From Gordius albopunctatus (Eukaryota), in assembly GCA_964276515.1 (NCBI GenBank), contig OZ193910.1:2232001-2296000 (forward strand): a stretch of 64,000 nt of DNA, in the 5' to 3' direction. Of this stretch, positions 27,101-43,400 are shown in pieces. The notes under the pieces are model-generated. The model was not told the origin of the DNA. It saw nothing but the letters and a program-made list of their open reading frames with translations, and ran no database searches. Every line of letters begins with the position of its first letter. Position 1 is the first letter of the stretch. The translations under genes were made by a program, and so were the position numbers.

Positions 27101-28107
27101 AATGGTTGACATTGCCTGTTTTATATATCAATAATAATAACAAATTAACATTAGCTTTAAATGATAACAATATAATATAGTCACAATAAACTAATAACAG
27201 GGGCCCCACCCGAAAAGGACACGAATAATTTTTTCTCATTTTAAATCGATTTAAAAATTAAAATTGTTATGTTAATTTAATCATTACGTGATTTCTAACA
27301 TGATAATTAATAAGTAAATAGTTGTGGGTCATATAACAATAGATCCTTGTATTTAACCAATATGTCGTTATTTATTTATTTGTTTATTTATATATTTCGC
27401 TTATTTATGTAACTTTGTTTCGTAAAAATAAACTTTTTAATCTAAAAAAAATTTCGGCTAGTCCAAAAAATAAATTGTCTGCCCATCTCTTTGCTATTCT
27501 ATTTATAAATAGTATACATTAAGCAGAATTTCAAAACGGGCCAAATGATTTATTAAAAAATGATAGTTCCGCTTTTGGATTCTAAATTTAATAAATAATA
27601 TAACATTTTACGTGGCTAAAAGATAGGCCCAAGCACAATTACTAGGGCAGGAGGGGGGGGGGGTAGATGCCCTTCCTCACATACTCCTGACTAGAATCCG
27701 TATTTTTTCATATTTAAATTTTTTTTTATTAAATCGGTTTACATTCGTTTTACAAATATTTGGATTTGGCATCTAAAGTAGCTCTTAAGTCAAAACTACT
27801 TTGAATTAAATTAAAATTTGCTTAATAAGACGCAAATTTTAAAAGCCTCAATTACAAAAAGTTGATCAAAGTATATTCATATATTCCTTTTAATAACGGT
27901 TTCAATTCTTTTTGAAGTCATTTCCCTTCGAAATTATGGAAGCCAATGCTACAAACTTTAAAGCTTGTATAAGAGCTTATACATCATGATTTTACAAATT
28001 CTATCAAACGTAATAAATAATTCCTAAAACTTTGCTTATTATAACACTTAAATTGACAACGACCAAGTATAGATCATAGTATGATTCGAATGCAAAACTA
28101 GTTAGGA

Positions 28108-28235
28108 TAGAGTTGTAAAGACGTCTTGGTTTTGTTTGGTCTATCTCTAGAATTTGAAAAACAGACAGAGTCGATCGTTAGTTTTAGTTGAACCAAAGAT
28201 CTAGCAAACAAACCCTAACCGATTTTACAACACTA
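28108..28235. mobile_element. Small MITE (TAGTGTTGT family)
   Basis: Ends are TAGAGTTGTAAA and TTTTACAACACTA, with the internal inverted pair GTTTTGTTTG / CAAACAAAC. Confidence 0.65.
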
Positions 28236-29285
28236 ATACAAACACTAAAATGTATTCTTCGCGCATAAATATGTTTTTTATTACAATTAAATTTTAAAAA
28301 TCTTCAAGTTGACAATAGTAATTTTAAACAATCAAAACTTAGAAAACAAAATCCCTTTTCGATGGCAATCACGAACAAATTCGCAACAATCATAGAAAAC
28401 GTTTATATATTTAAAGTCAAAATAATTTGAGACAAGCAGAAAATCACAATGGAAATTGTGAAATCTAACACAATCTCAATCCATGGCTTGATGCCAGCTT
28501 ATTAATTTAATATATTTTAGCATATAACATACATAATTATTTGGAAATAAACTTCTATCGATAAAAAATTTTTTTTAAAATTAAAAAAACCATCGCTTTG
28601 AAGTTTAATAGCGTGTGACCTTGGTCCAACCAAACCAACTACCATTATCTCGTTTCGTTTCATTACTATGCTAGAGACTAACAAAACGGCAAATTAAACC
28701 AATAGCTGCAAATATAACATGGATTTAATTTAATTCTTTTAACCTGATTGAGCGTTTTTTTTTAAATTAATTTTTGCCTGGGCTTCTGATAAGCCTAAAC
28801 CAGAAATCGCATTGAATGGGGCGTCATTAATATTTAAGCTATTTTAGAGTGTTTTTACAAGACCTTAGATATAATTCTCTACCACTATGTTTAATTATTA
28901 ATTATATTGAAACGACCTCGATTTTTCACGACATTAGTGTACAATGTTGACAAATGAACCAAGTGTCGCAAATGAGAATGATCCTATTCCTCTAATTTGA
29001 CATTTTTAAACCCTTTTTACATTTTTAAAAATAGTATTTAGTTGGTTTCATTTACTCATATTCATATCGTTATTATACTTAACATTCTAAATGTAAGTTT
29101 TGATTTTGATTTTTTGTTTGAAAACGATATTATAGGCCATTAAAAACCGAAAAACGACTTTTTGACTTAGAAATCATATAAAAATAAAGTTTGGCTATAA
29201 AACTTATACATAATTCAATGCATAATTTTATTCAAAAATTATGGGTAGGGTAAATTTAATGTCTTTTATGCGATTTGCAGATAAA

Positions 29286-32200
29286 ATGGCAAATTACATG
29301 TTTACGACACCTAGTTTTAAATATATTTTAAATTTAATTTATAAATATCATAGAAACGAGAGAATCATTTGCTGAAGAAACTTTAGCCACCTTATCCCTG
29401 AATGATAAGTCAGAGGATGTTGATAAAAAGAGTTTGTCCAGTTTGAAGACACCTGATTTTGGAGCATCAGCTGGAGAAAATATAATCAACCCCGAGGAAC
29501 GTCAAGATTCTATATCAAAGATGAAGGATTTAATGAAATTACATGCGCCTCCCGGCTATGAATACGTGGAATGGAGAACAAGTAATTTTTTTAAAATTGT
29601 ATTTAAAACATTTATAAACAAACATAAAGACTTTCTTAAATGGTACATTTTATGTTTTGCTGCATATTTTTTGCGCCTGGAACTCGGGAATTTCTGTTCA
29701 TTTTCTCTCTAAGCGCATGAATAATCAGAAGACAGTAGTCCTTAAAGCGATATGACAATATTTTTTTATATAAAAATAATAAAAAGTTTGCATTTTAAAG
29801 AAACATTGTTTATTCGCTTTGTAAATCAGTTTTAATAAACTTACTACGATATATTCTTGTTTAAGGATGCAAAAATGGCTTGTTTAAATGACTTTAATAG
29901 TGTTGTAAACATTTGTAAAAATATCGAACGCGTTCACGTTCGTTCAAAATTTCTTGATAAATTTTTTTAAAATTTAATTTAATATAAAAAAATGTCTTAT
30001 ATTTTTTAATACAATAAATAGCCATGATAAAAAATAATAGTTTTATTTCGACAATATAATTATAAATCAATATAATCTATTTTCTTATTGATTTTTAATA
30101 ATAATTGTTTTTCAAAATTGTCGTCTGATAAGCAGGAACGCTTGGCAGTTAATACAGCATTAGCTATACTAAAAACCCGCTCCAAAGGGGAAGATGAGGT
30201 TAATAAACAAATTTTTTAAAGGAGGAAATTTATTTAAAAGATTTAATGTTTTGTCCCTCGCTTCAAAAAATTGCGACAAGATATCATCCTCCAATCCGCC
30301 CTCTACTTCCTCGTCAAAAAATGATATCTCGGAATTGACAGCTCTTTCATTATCAATTCTAGGGGTTTCAACCCCTTTTTTCAATAACACTAAGGAAACA
30401 GGAAAACAGCTGATTAAAAAATATGAGATTTTTTTGTTAAAAATTCGGATTAACATTCATTTTCAAATAAATAAAAATAAAAAAGGGTTTTTAAAATTGA
30501 ACGAACGTTAAATTGGAACGCGTTCACGTTCAAAGTTCAACAAAAAATAAATGAACGCCGGAACGCGTTCAAATTGAACGCTTTAATTTACAGCACTACT
30601 TTAATAATGCAATTATAATGTTATAGAAATGGTAACACCACCAAACTTTTCACCGACCGATAGCCTCTTACCCCTACAAAACGAGTATAAACGGTAATTA
30701 CAACATAGGCAGCGAGATAATTATAAATAAATAACAAAAATTATTTTAATTTATATGTATACTAATAGGTTGGATTACATAAATAAACTTAATTTGTAAT
30801 ATTAAACATTAATAATTCATTTATATTTATTAGTTATGAACAAGGGCGTACCCAAGATCGGATTTAGAGGGGGGGTCAATAATGATTTAGGTAGGGGCAA
30901 ATGATACTTTTTAGTTATTTTAGACATTAATTAGATTAAATTTAAAAGGATTTTTTGATTTAGAGGGGGCAGTTGCCCCTCTCTGCCACCCTGACTACCC
31001 CGTGGTTATAGATTCGTCACATAATTTATGGTTAAATATAATATAGAATACCAGTATTATCGGAAAAAGAGGCCGAAAAAATAATATTGAATTACAACAA
31101 ACCAAATCTATGTTTTTCCAAACAAGGGAAAGACGAGATCTTTATCAACCATTACGAAAATCATTGTATATACGTGGTATGATTAGAATATAATTTTATT
31201 GCACATTCTGGTAGAGTTTTTTGCGGTGAACACGAATATATTTTTAATTTTTTCCCTGAGCGTCAAGTTTTTAAAATATTTGCTGTAAAAGTTGCTAAAA
31301 ACAGAGATTTTGGGGTTTTAAACGGCAATAACTTGCAAATTAATCGGTAAAATTTTAATTTAATATAGTTGATTTATAAATAAAGGGAAGTGGAATCCAT
31401 TAAATCCTCGTTAATTTAATAAACATCTAATATAATTATAAATTATTAGTAAAATACACCTTTGTACTTTATAAAACGCAAAGAAGAATTTAATTAATTT
31501 TACAAGGGCTTTTAGCGAGCCTTACTTATATCTAGGCCCGGCCCTAGCCCGTTAGTCTATATTACGGCCCGCTGGGGCTCGGGGCAGAAGCCCGTGTAAG
31601 CCTGGCCCTCGGGCCGTACTTTTAGGACAGGTTTCTAATAGTAGTAGATAAGCAACATCTCGCACTTAACTCCTAGTGTTAAAAGGAATGGAGGGCGAAG
31701 TCTATGACAATTTGTCAATGAAAAAATATAGAGATAAGTTAATTTTGAATATATATGAAAAACTAAAAAACTAGGGTAAAAATATTTTTTAATAGATCCC
31801 CATCCCTCTTTTAAATTAAAATTTTACCGATTAATTTGCAAGTTAATGACGTTTGAAATACACCAAAATCGTTGTTTTTAGTAACTTCGAGAGCAAATTT
31901 TCAAAAACTTAACATATAGAGAAAAACAAAGTTTATATTTACGTTCACGGTAGAGCCCTGCACGGGCGGCCCGAAGCCCGGCCCACTAAAGCAAACTAAT
32001 CTTTTATAAAATATGATTTAAACAAACTCAACTAGATATTAAATAATTATCTTCGTACACCATACACAATATAGCTTCCAAACTTCAGCTTTTTCCCCCT
32101 GTCTATAATATTTTGACCTAAATTGCAAATCTTATTCTAGTATTTAAATGAATCCATAGTAGCTATTACTTTAGAAATTAAATAAGGAAGTTAAAAAAAA

Positions 32201-34451
32201 ATTTTTTATTTGGAACTGTTAGATAAAAATATTTTATAAAGTTAGATTTCCAGTTTTAAATTACTGGCTGAATAAATTGTAGCGAGTGAAAATGACAATT
32301 CTATTTCAAACTTATCCTAGCTGTAAATTACAATTAATAACAATTTAATGCACTATGTATTTATATGGTAAAATAATTTTCAAAAATTTTAAAATAAATT
32401 TTTAAAAATTTTCTACTTGAAAAATCGGATCGGACTTAGGTCAGACCAAAAATAAAAAAGTCGTTCGGGTTCGGGCCGGGATCGTGCAAAATAAAAACCG
32501 AGAGGTCGGTATTTGGGCAGAAAAAAATTCATTTAGCAGGGCTCTAGTTCACAGTAAAAAACTGTAATAGAATCTGCAAACAGTTTCCTGGTTGATTATA
32601 TAAGTACTACATTATTTATTGATCAATGTTACTTTTACAATGACAAAGTATAAAAAAAGATTGAACATAATTGCATTTATCTAAAAGCGTTAAAAAAACT
32701 TAAAATTTAATTGATTAATGAAGTACAAGTTGGAGACATTTACAGAAAGTCGCTCAGTAGAATGGGCGATGGAGCCTTGGAAAAATCTTAATGAATCTTT
32801 CATCGGTGGGAGAGAGTATATTAGTGAAAAGGAGGCAAAAGAAAATGGTAATATTCTCTAATTAAATAAAAACTTTATTTTTTACTTAATTAATTATATA
32901 TTAGCAAAGAATTATATAACTTAATGCTCTAAATAAAATGGCGATTATTTTATAATTAATATAGGACTAAACTATAGAAATCAGGTTGCATTCAAATCTT
33001 AGTCTTATATTAGTGTTTTACAACATTACATAAATATACATAGGGCTTGCTTAGAATAAATTAGGTTTAAGCAAAGGTAAGGTTTAAAAAAGTCTTCAAT
33101 TTTGAACACTAAAAACGTGCTTATTACAAGTCATTTTTAAAATTACTAAGTTTAATTTATGAAATTAATTTATTTTCAAAGTAATAAATAATATATAATA
33201 TTTAATAGTTTTATTAACAAATTTTACATTTTTTATTTGGTTTTATTATAATTAATATATACTAAATTAAAGGTAAATTACTGAATAACATATCATTGAA
33301 TGAAGCCACACCAGACCCGTGGGAAATACCATTCAATCCTAGAAATTATTTTGTAACAGAGGAACACACTTTAGAAATCCCAAACAGCGTTTCTTATACC
33401 GTAAAATTAATTTAAGTTTCTTGAATGTGATTTTTAAAGTAAATATTTTAAACAAACGCTACTAACAAATTTTAGATTATATATATCATTTTTAATGAAC
33501 TAATGTTTTAAACTGGAAGTTATACCAAAAAATACAAACTTAGTTATTAATGCCCATTTTAAATATATATTTAATTAGGCTGCTTAAAAAAGTATATAGA
33601 AAATTTTTATTTATACTCCTGGGCGGAGCAAAGTAGGGCAGGGAGGGGCAACTGCCTTCCTCTAAATCCAAAATTTTGTTACATTTTTTTGGATAAATAT
33701 TCCTAAAATGTCAAAAAATGTTCATTTTGCCCCCCCCCCCCTAATTTCCATGCTGGCTACGGCAATGTTTATACCGAACAGAATTTTCCTATGTTACGAT
33801 ATTATTAAGTTAAAATGTTATTATTTTAGGAAAATAATATAATTTTACGTATGAAGAACATAAACTATTTTAACTTTAGAAATGTAATATTTGCCACGGT
33901 GATGGTTATAAACGATGTTGGAGATGTTCTGGGAGAGGCACAGTTTCCTGTATATCCTGTACTGGAACTGGAAGACAATCTAGCAATGCAGCTTCTCCCA
34001 CCCCAGCATCAACGGAAAAATCATCGATGGCCACTCCTATATTATCCAAGAAAAATAAAGATTTTTGTTTCAGTTGCAGTGGAAGAGGACGGAAAAGGTT
34101 AGAAAAATTCTTAATCTTATTTTATAATAAATTTTTGGCGTTTTTTTTTGGGGGGGGGGCAAGGTTTAAACCCTCTTCATCTCGTTGACCATTTCGCATT
34201 CAGATCGGGATTTAAAGAAATAATGCCAACAAGTGTATCTTTATAATTCTGTCAGCATAGAAAGATGAATTCTTTCTAGATTTAGGGTTTCATAATTCAA
34301 GGAACTTGTTTTATTAGAGTTGCCCTCAATTCCAAATTTATTTTAAATTAAAACCTTTTTTAAAGATGTCTGTAAATTTGAATTTTTAAAATTGGCGAGA
34401 TTGTTGGAAGGTAATCATTTTATAATAAATGTCATAATTTTTTTTTAAATT

Positions 34452-34495
<44 letters not shown>

Positions 34496-37400
34496 CATAC
34501 ATACATACATACATACATACATACATACATACATACATACATACATACATACATACATACATACATACATACATGCATACATACATACATACATACATAC
34601 ATACATACATACATACATACATACATACATACATACATACATACATACATACATACATACATACATACATACATACATACATACATACATACATACATAC
34701 ATACATACATACATACATACATACATACATACATACATACATACATACATACATACATACATACATACATACATACATACATACATACATACATACATAC
34801 ATACATACATACATACATACATACATACATACATACATACATACATACATACATACATACATACATACATACATACATACATACATACATACATACATAC
34901 ATACATACATACATACATACATACATACATACATACATACATACATACATACATACATACATACATACATACATACATACATACATACATACATACATAC
35001 ATACATACATACATACATACATACATACATACATACATACATACATACATACATACATACATACATACATACATACATACATACATACATACATACATAC
35101 ATACATACATACATACATACATACATACATACATACATACATACATACATACATACATACATACATACATACATACATACATACATACATACATACATAC
35201 ATACATACATACATACATACATACATACATACATACATACATACATACATACATACATACATACATACATACATACATACATACATACATACATACATAC
35301 ATACATACATACATACATACATACATACATACATACATACATACATACATACATACATACATACATACATACATACATACATACATACATACATACATAC
35401 ATACATACATACATACATACATACATACATACATACATACATACATACATACATACATACATACATACATACATACATACATACATACATACATACATAC
35501 ATACATACATACATACATACATACATACATACATACATACATACATACATACATACATACATACATACATACATACATACATACATACATACATACATAC
35601 ATACATACATACATACATACATACATACATACATACATACATACATACATACATACATACATACATACATACATACATACATACATACATACATACATAC
35701 ATACATACATACATACATACATACATACATACATACATACATACATACATACATACATACATACATACATACATACATACATACATACATACATACATAC
35801 ATACATACATACATACATACATACATACATACATACATACATACATACATACATACATACATACATACATACATACATACATACATACATACATACATAC
35901 ATACATACATACATACATACATACATACATACATACATACATACATACATACATACATACATACATACATACATACATACATACATACATACATACATAC
36001 ATACATACATACATACATACATACATACATACATACATACATACATACATACATACATACATACATACATACATACATACATACATACATACATACATAC
36101 ATACATACATACATACATACATACATACATACATACATACATACATACATACATACATACATACATACATACATACATACATACATACATACATACATAC
36201 ATACATACATACATACATACATACATACATACATACATACATACATACATACATACATACATACATACATACATACATACATACATACATACATACATAC
36301 ATACATACATACATACATACATACATACATACATACATACATACATACATACATACATACATACATACATACATACATACATACATACATACATACATAC
36401 ATACATACATACATACATACATACATACATACATACATACATACATACATACATACATACATACATACATACATACATACATACATACATACATACATAC
36501 ATACATACATACATACATACATACATACATACATACATACATACATACATACATACATACATACATACATACATACATACATACATACATACATACATAC
36601 ATACATACATACATACATACATACATACATACATACATACATACATACATACATACATACATACATACATACATACATACATACATACATACATACATAC
36701 ATACATACATACATACATACATACATACATACATACATACATACATACATACATACATACATACATACATACATACATACATACATACATACATACATAC
36801 ATACATACATACATACATACATACATACATACATACATACATACATACATACATACATACATACATACATACATACATACATACATACATACATACATAC
36901 ATACATACATACATACACACACATACATAGACTTTACTTTATATATATAGATAATAAATACTCATTTGCTAATATTTTACCTTTCGTGATTCAGCTTTAA
37001 ATTTAAATTTGCCTCCAAATTAAACGAATTAAAAAAATAGGAAAGGAAATTGGTTATATGAATGAATGATTATAATTAGTTATACAATTCGATATTGTTT
37101 TACAAAAATTATAGATAATAGCATTAATTTAACAAATACGTTTACTTCATTTTGTAATGTAACATTCATATCCTTTGTTTGACCCGACTCTATAAATCCA
37201 ACCCGAATCCGACCCGAAAACGTTTTTAATCGGATGACGCATGCAGGCCTATATTTGAGGAAAACCTTAAAAAAGGCTTTTAAATGTTCTCATTGTATTT
37301 CTGATATAAATGCTGCCTGAAAATGTTGCCAATATTGCATATGTAAAATTAAAATTTGTTATATATTTGGCCAAGATTTTTTAGGGTGGTGGCAATAAAA

Positions 37401-40400
37401 TATTTTTATAAAAACATTGTTGTATAGTTTTTACACTATTTGTATCATTTTTTAAAATGTCAAGGGTTTTTTTGTTAATATACCCGTTCCACTTTTACCC
37501 TTACAATTCATTTATACAAAAACTTATACCATGTGAAATTTTATAGATTGTTTGTTCAACTACATTACTTTGTTTTATTTATGAATAAATCTTATTTATT
37601 TTATGCCCTATAAACATGAGGGTCTGAGACATACCAGTGTGACGTTATTAGAAAAAATACACAAAGTATTAGCGGAATTTTAAATTTGTCCAAAGTTTAT
37701 GAGGGAAAAAATTTTCAATTGTGTTTGACCCATAGTAGGCGTATCCAAGTTATGACTCAGGAGGGGGGAGGGGCGAAAATGTTTTAAGTTCAATTAACGA
37801 CGGTCCCAAGTCCGTGTGAAAAAAGTGGAGGGTTGGTGTCAGGTCGGAAGCCGGCTGTAAAAAGCAACTCCAAACACCATGGCAGCTACAAATACGAACT
37901 TATACCAGAATGCTAGGGCGTCCTCCCCAAACGACGCGCATTGCATCATCCGCCCGTGCAATGTGAAAAGTATACAAGGGTCACCGCCTCACTCACAACG
38001 AAGGCGGTTAAGGAACCTAGCTGTCGAACGGACAAGAGTGGCTAGCTGGAATGTGGGCACGCTAACGGGGAAGAGCATCGAGGTTGCGCAGAGGCTAAAA
38101 CAGCCCCTTGGACTATGCTATATGCCAACGATATTGTCCTATGCGATGAAACAAGAGAAGGGGTTTTTCATCAGGCGAAAAAATGGTCAGAACGTTTTTC
38201 GGAATTCGGGTTAAAGGTCAGCGAGAACAAAACGGTTTACATGCAAACGATGTGCGGTAGTCCGCAAATGCACAAAAATGACGGTCCAAGGTACACGGAG
38301 GTTAATAAGTTCACATATCTTGGCTCGCTATTACATCAAGAGGGAGGATGTACCGCCGAAGTCCATTCTCGGATCAAGAAAGCATGGCTCAAATGGCGCA
38401 GCATCTCCGGTGTCATGTGTGACAAAAAGATACCAATTTGGTTGAAAAGCAAGGCGTACAAAACCATCGTGCGACCGGTCTTGCTTTACGGGAGCAAAAC
38501 ATGGGCTGTAACCACCGCGGAGGAGAAACTCTTGCAAGTCACGGAAATGAGAATGGTGCGATGGAGCTTAGGCTACACCAAGCTGGATCGCATGACGAAC
38601 GAATCCTTGATGACAAAGATGGGTATACAAGCGACGAAGGACTTCTTAAGAGAAAATCGACTCTGGTGGTACGGCCATGTATTACGAAGAGACGAAGACG
38701 ATGTCACACGCCGAACGCTTGAGATGGACGGGCCTGGAAGAAGAGGAAGGGGCAGACCACGTGCCACCTGGAAACGACTGGTCGAAAAGGATATGGACGT
38801 CAAACAGATGGAAATTGGCATGGCATTTACGCGACTCAGATGGAAGAGGCTGCTGAAAACGTACCCCACGTCTGTGGGATTTTCAACACGATAAAGAAGA
38901 AGAAGAGGGGGGGGGGCAAAACATAATTTTTTTTAATTTATAAGGGTTTTTGTATTGAAATTTTTTAGCCCCCAAGGCAAAAAGGCTAGCTACGCTACTG
39001 ATGCCCCCAGCAATTAATTAAAAGTAATATACATCACTTTAGTTTAAATCCTTTTTACAAATACTAATTTTTCTCAATCTCTTTGCTGAATACATTCATA
39101 TGAACCTTCTATAATGCAATGTGAGTCAGTCAGTACCAGTAGGAAGTGCATTCCCATCTATATAATACATCCCTACATTACAAGCCATTAAAAATCAATT
39201 ATAATATAATATGAAATAATTATGATGGTGCCTCTTAATATATATGTAATATTTAATTTAACGATTAATCAATAATTGAATTTTAAAATATAACATGCAA
39301 AAGTTGTGCTGTCATACAATGATGAAATGAATTTATTTTTAGGTAAGCAAAGAAAATCAACAATTTTAATTGTATAATATTTTGAACTGCTTCCGTTTGC
39401 GGAAGATGTAGTGACCCTCGTTGACTTCTCACGTGATGTGGGCGGGGCGGGCGCCTACGATGCGCGTCGTTTGATGGAGTTTTACAAGGGGATATTAACA
39501 AATACAATAAGTTAAAATGAATGAATAAATATCAAAATTTATCGTAAGTGTAAAATGGCAAGCACTGTTAAATTAAAAGGGATAAATTTAAATATTAAGA
39601 GTTGTGAATTAAATCAAAGATTATTCGTCATGATTTTTGTATGCAAAATTTAGATCAAATTTTATTATAGATGTCAAACATGCAATACCGATGGAAAACT
39701 CACATGCGACACTTGCAAAGGATTGAATTACGTCAAAAATTACATCAAAATGACAATTAATTAGTAATTATTTATATATTTTAAACAATCAACACTTTAA
39801 AAATTACAAATAGATTTATTAAGGTTCTAAAATAAAATACCTAAACATTCTAAATAATTGAACAGATAAAATAAAAAAGAAAAAAAACTGGGCAGTTAAA
39901 AAGGGTTTCTCTTCTTATAGAACTTATCACGTTTACTAGATTTGGGGGACTTAATAGAAAACCACTTTAAAATATTTCATATTTGTATTAAATAAATAAA
40001 ACTGATAAGATTTAAAATTTTCATACGTTTGTAAAAATGAAAAGACCTCTAAGCCAACTTACATTTAATACAAAGTTATTTTAAAATTTCAAAATTATAT
40101 AGTACAAATTACGAATCAGAGCACGTTTCTGGAATCAATAATTTTCCTGATCCTACTATTAAAAATAAACAAGGGAGAATCATATTCGAACAAAATCAAA
40201 CAAAAGTATAGTAAATTTTATAATTTAATAAAATGTAAATATTTGTATATTTTATTAAATTAACCAAGGTGGTCAAATATAAATTTTTTAATATTTTAAA
40301 CAGGTACTGCCATTGACTGACTTTTCCGACGACGATATAAATGAAAATTCACATAGAATTTATCAAGAACATATGCACCTTTCAAAATATGAAAGGATTA

Positions 40401-43400
40401 TACAGCAGGTAAAAGAATGCTTTACTAACTTACAAATATTTAATAATTTAATTTATATTAAGAGCTAAAAACTATTAAAATTTGAAACATGTTCAATTGG
40501 TAGATTATTGCAATTAGATAATGTTGGGTTAAAAAAAAATTAAGCCGTAAAGCATATATCTATACCTTTTAAATGTCAGGCAGTTTGAAGCAAGTTAAAA
40601 TAGAGCTTCTGTTTTATATATTTGTCGTAAATTCTATTACTTAAAATATAATATGTGATCATAACTTTTCAATCAATATTCTACCGGGGAAATATCCTCA
40701 ATACCAACCGTACACTTGAATACCACAGAATCAATATTCACAGTAAAAAACTTTAAGTTAAATTCGTATATATGAATTATTGAGCATTAAGTAAAAGCAA
40801 GCAAATTAAAAACTAGTTCCTCATAGTATTTTGTAAAATAAATTTCCTAATTTATGTACTCTTTTAATTTTATAATTGTAGCGGAATCAACTTCGGTGTA
40901 AGGGTGTGTTTGTACGCTAAGATGGAAATACGCTTAGACATATCAATCACGTTCAATTGACAGATAGACTTTGCAATTTTGACATATGTCCCATCATGAC
41001 ATCCATATAATTAAGTTTCATATAGAAAAATTTAGGCTTATATCCAGCGGCGTAGATAGCCTTTTTGCCTTAGCGAGGCTGAGCTGGTCAAATAGAAGGG
41101 GGACAAAAAAATTTCTTAGGCCCACCTTTAAGAATAAAAAAAATTTATCCCCCAATCCAAAACATAAATACGACCATGGGTCAAATGCAATTAACAAAAT
41201 TTTCCCTCATGAACGTTGGACAAACTTAAAATTCCGCTACTACTTTGTGTATTTTTTCTATTAACATCACACTAATATGCCCCCTCATGTTTGTAGAGCA
41301 TAAAATAAATAAAAATTTAGTTGAAACAAGATAGAAAATTTCACATGGTATAATAAGTTTTGTATAAATGAATTGTAAGGGTACAAAGTGGAACGGGGAT
41401 ATTGACAAGAAATCGTTGACATTTTAAAAAATAATGCAAATAGTTTAAAAAATATATAACAAAGTTTTTATAAAAATTATTGCCACAACCCCAAAAATCT
41501 TGGCCATATATATAAAAAATTTTAATTTTACATATGCAATATTGGATGAATAATCAGGCAGCATTTATATCAGGAAAACAATGAGAACATTTAAAAGCCT
41601 TTTTAATGTGATCCTCAAAAGGCGTAATTATAACATTAAATTTAAAAAAATTAATTGTGAAATTAAAATTCGTTCAAAAATAAGTATTTAGAAGTTATTG
41701 CCCCTGATATTATAGATATATTACATCACCTAAAAATTAAAATAAACTGATAAATTTAGCGGCTAAATGAACCTTAAAAATATTCTGTCACAAATAAATG
41801 AATCAAAGCTTTATTTGATAATTTTAGATGAAATTAGAGATGTGAGAGATGCACAGAACAACTTAGCGTCCAAAGACAAACTGAATGATTTTTTTAGGAT
41901 TTTTATCCCTTGAAAGTTTTGATGCGTTAACAATTGTCTATAAAAATCAGGAATTTTTTTTTATTAATATGATTGGATATCACTAATAAAGGGGAAAAAA
42001 TGGTGTACAAACTATATTTTGGAAAATCATTGGCTTTATATGGGCATGTGGTACATAAAAATATGCAAGATATGTTAAACGATAAGAAGCATGTGAGATG
42101 GACAATTAAATTGAAAACAGGATGGAATTTTCGTAAATTTAATAATATTTTAATATATTTTGAAAGTGTTAAAAAGTTTAAAACAAGTTTAAAAGCCCGG
42201 TTAATTTTTCATTAAATATTAAAATTAGTCTTTTAATAGTAGCGAATTTATAATATCATCCGGGAGGAATAACATCTATAAAGTCATGTTCTAAGCTCAA
42301 TAAAGCTAAGGAAGATAACCTATCTTGTCCAATTGTGGAACTAAGATAAGTTTTAATCCATTTTAGCTATGAGAACGATCTTTCGCATGAACATGAATTT
42401 ATTGGGATAGTTAAAATTATTTTAATCAAAATAGTAAAATTTGGAAACACTATTGAGGGCAAGATTTTAATAAGTGAAAAAATATCATTGCATTTTATTT
42501 GAAGATAAAGAGTTATAATGTGTTACAAAATTTTTTGCCATTTTTATTTCGCCGTCTTCCAGTTTTAATTCATAATGGTTAATTATTTCTGATATAAGAG
42601 ATTCATGACAAAAAATGGGATGAAGGGTTTAAACCTTCTAAGGACTTACATAAATTACAATTAATTTCCAAAAATCTTATGTTTAATTCTGCTATTATTC
42701 TATCGATGATAGGATAATATAAATCAATCTTTTATTTTTTATGATTGGAATTTTCTAGAATGCCATTTTCAATTAAATAAGTAAGACCTTCTGTATAACC
42801 TAATTTATGGCTTTGAAATTATTTAATATAATTAATTACTCGAGGTTGAGGATGAAGAGCTATTACTGTCAATTTCAATGTAATTCTCCTTTTCATTTTC
42901 TATAAATTTGTATTTGAATAAATGAATGAAAGCACTAACACTAAGTAAATACCTTTCAGGACTGCATTTTTTTGTTCACCTAATATTATATTTATATAAA
43001 CCTAATAATAAAAAATTTTAAATACCTATTTGATTTAACCTATCGCTTGGAGCTAAGGGCTTTAAAAACATGTTAAGCTTGAATTGCTTCTTGCTATTCA
43101 TATTAATAATGTCAACTCAACAATTTGATACAATCTTCACCCTTTATCGTCTTATACAGTATCTTTATTTTTATTTGTAATATTATAATTAAAACTTTTA
43201 CCCAGAAACAATAATAATCTTTATATTGTTTCTAAAAAATAATTACAAAATTGTTTCGGACTATATAAGAATATCAAAAAATTTACTTAATTGACTATCA
43301 TTTCTATACCCTATTATAATTTAATTATTTCTTCTATCATTTAAACATTTAAATTGAGGGTGGAACATTTTTGATCTATATAAGATGTTTTGTTCTAAAT

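Noticed and set aside
33851..34102. 83-aa ORF in the ORF track
   Set aside because: Wrong frame; the real exon is the CxxCxGxG frame of SSUH2.
34365..34410. Extra SSUH2 exon with AG/GT ends
   Set aside because: It has an in-frame TAA, and exon 33880-34097 joins 39671 cleanly without it.
34432..36930. 785-830 aa ORFs (MYVC / HTYI repeats)
   Set aside because: These are translations of the stop-free (ACAT)n microsatellite inside an intron.
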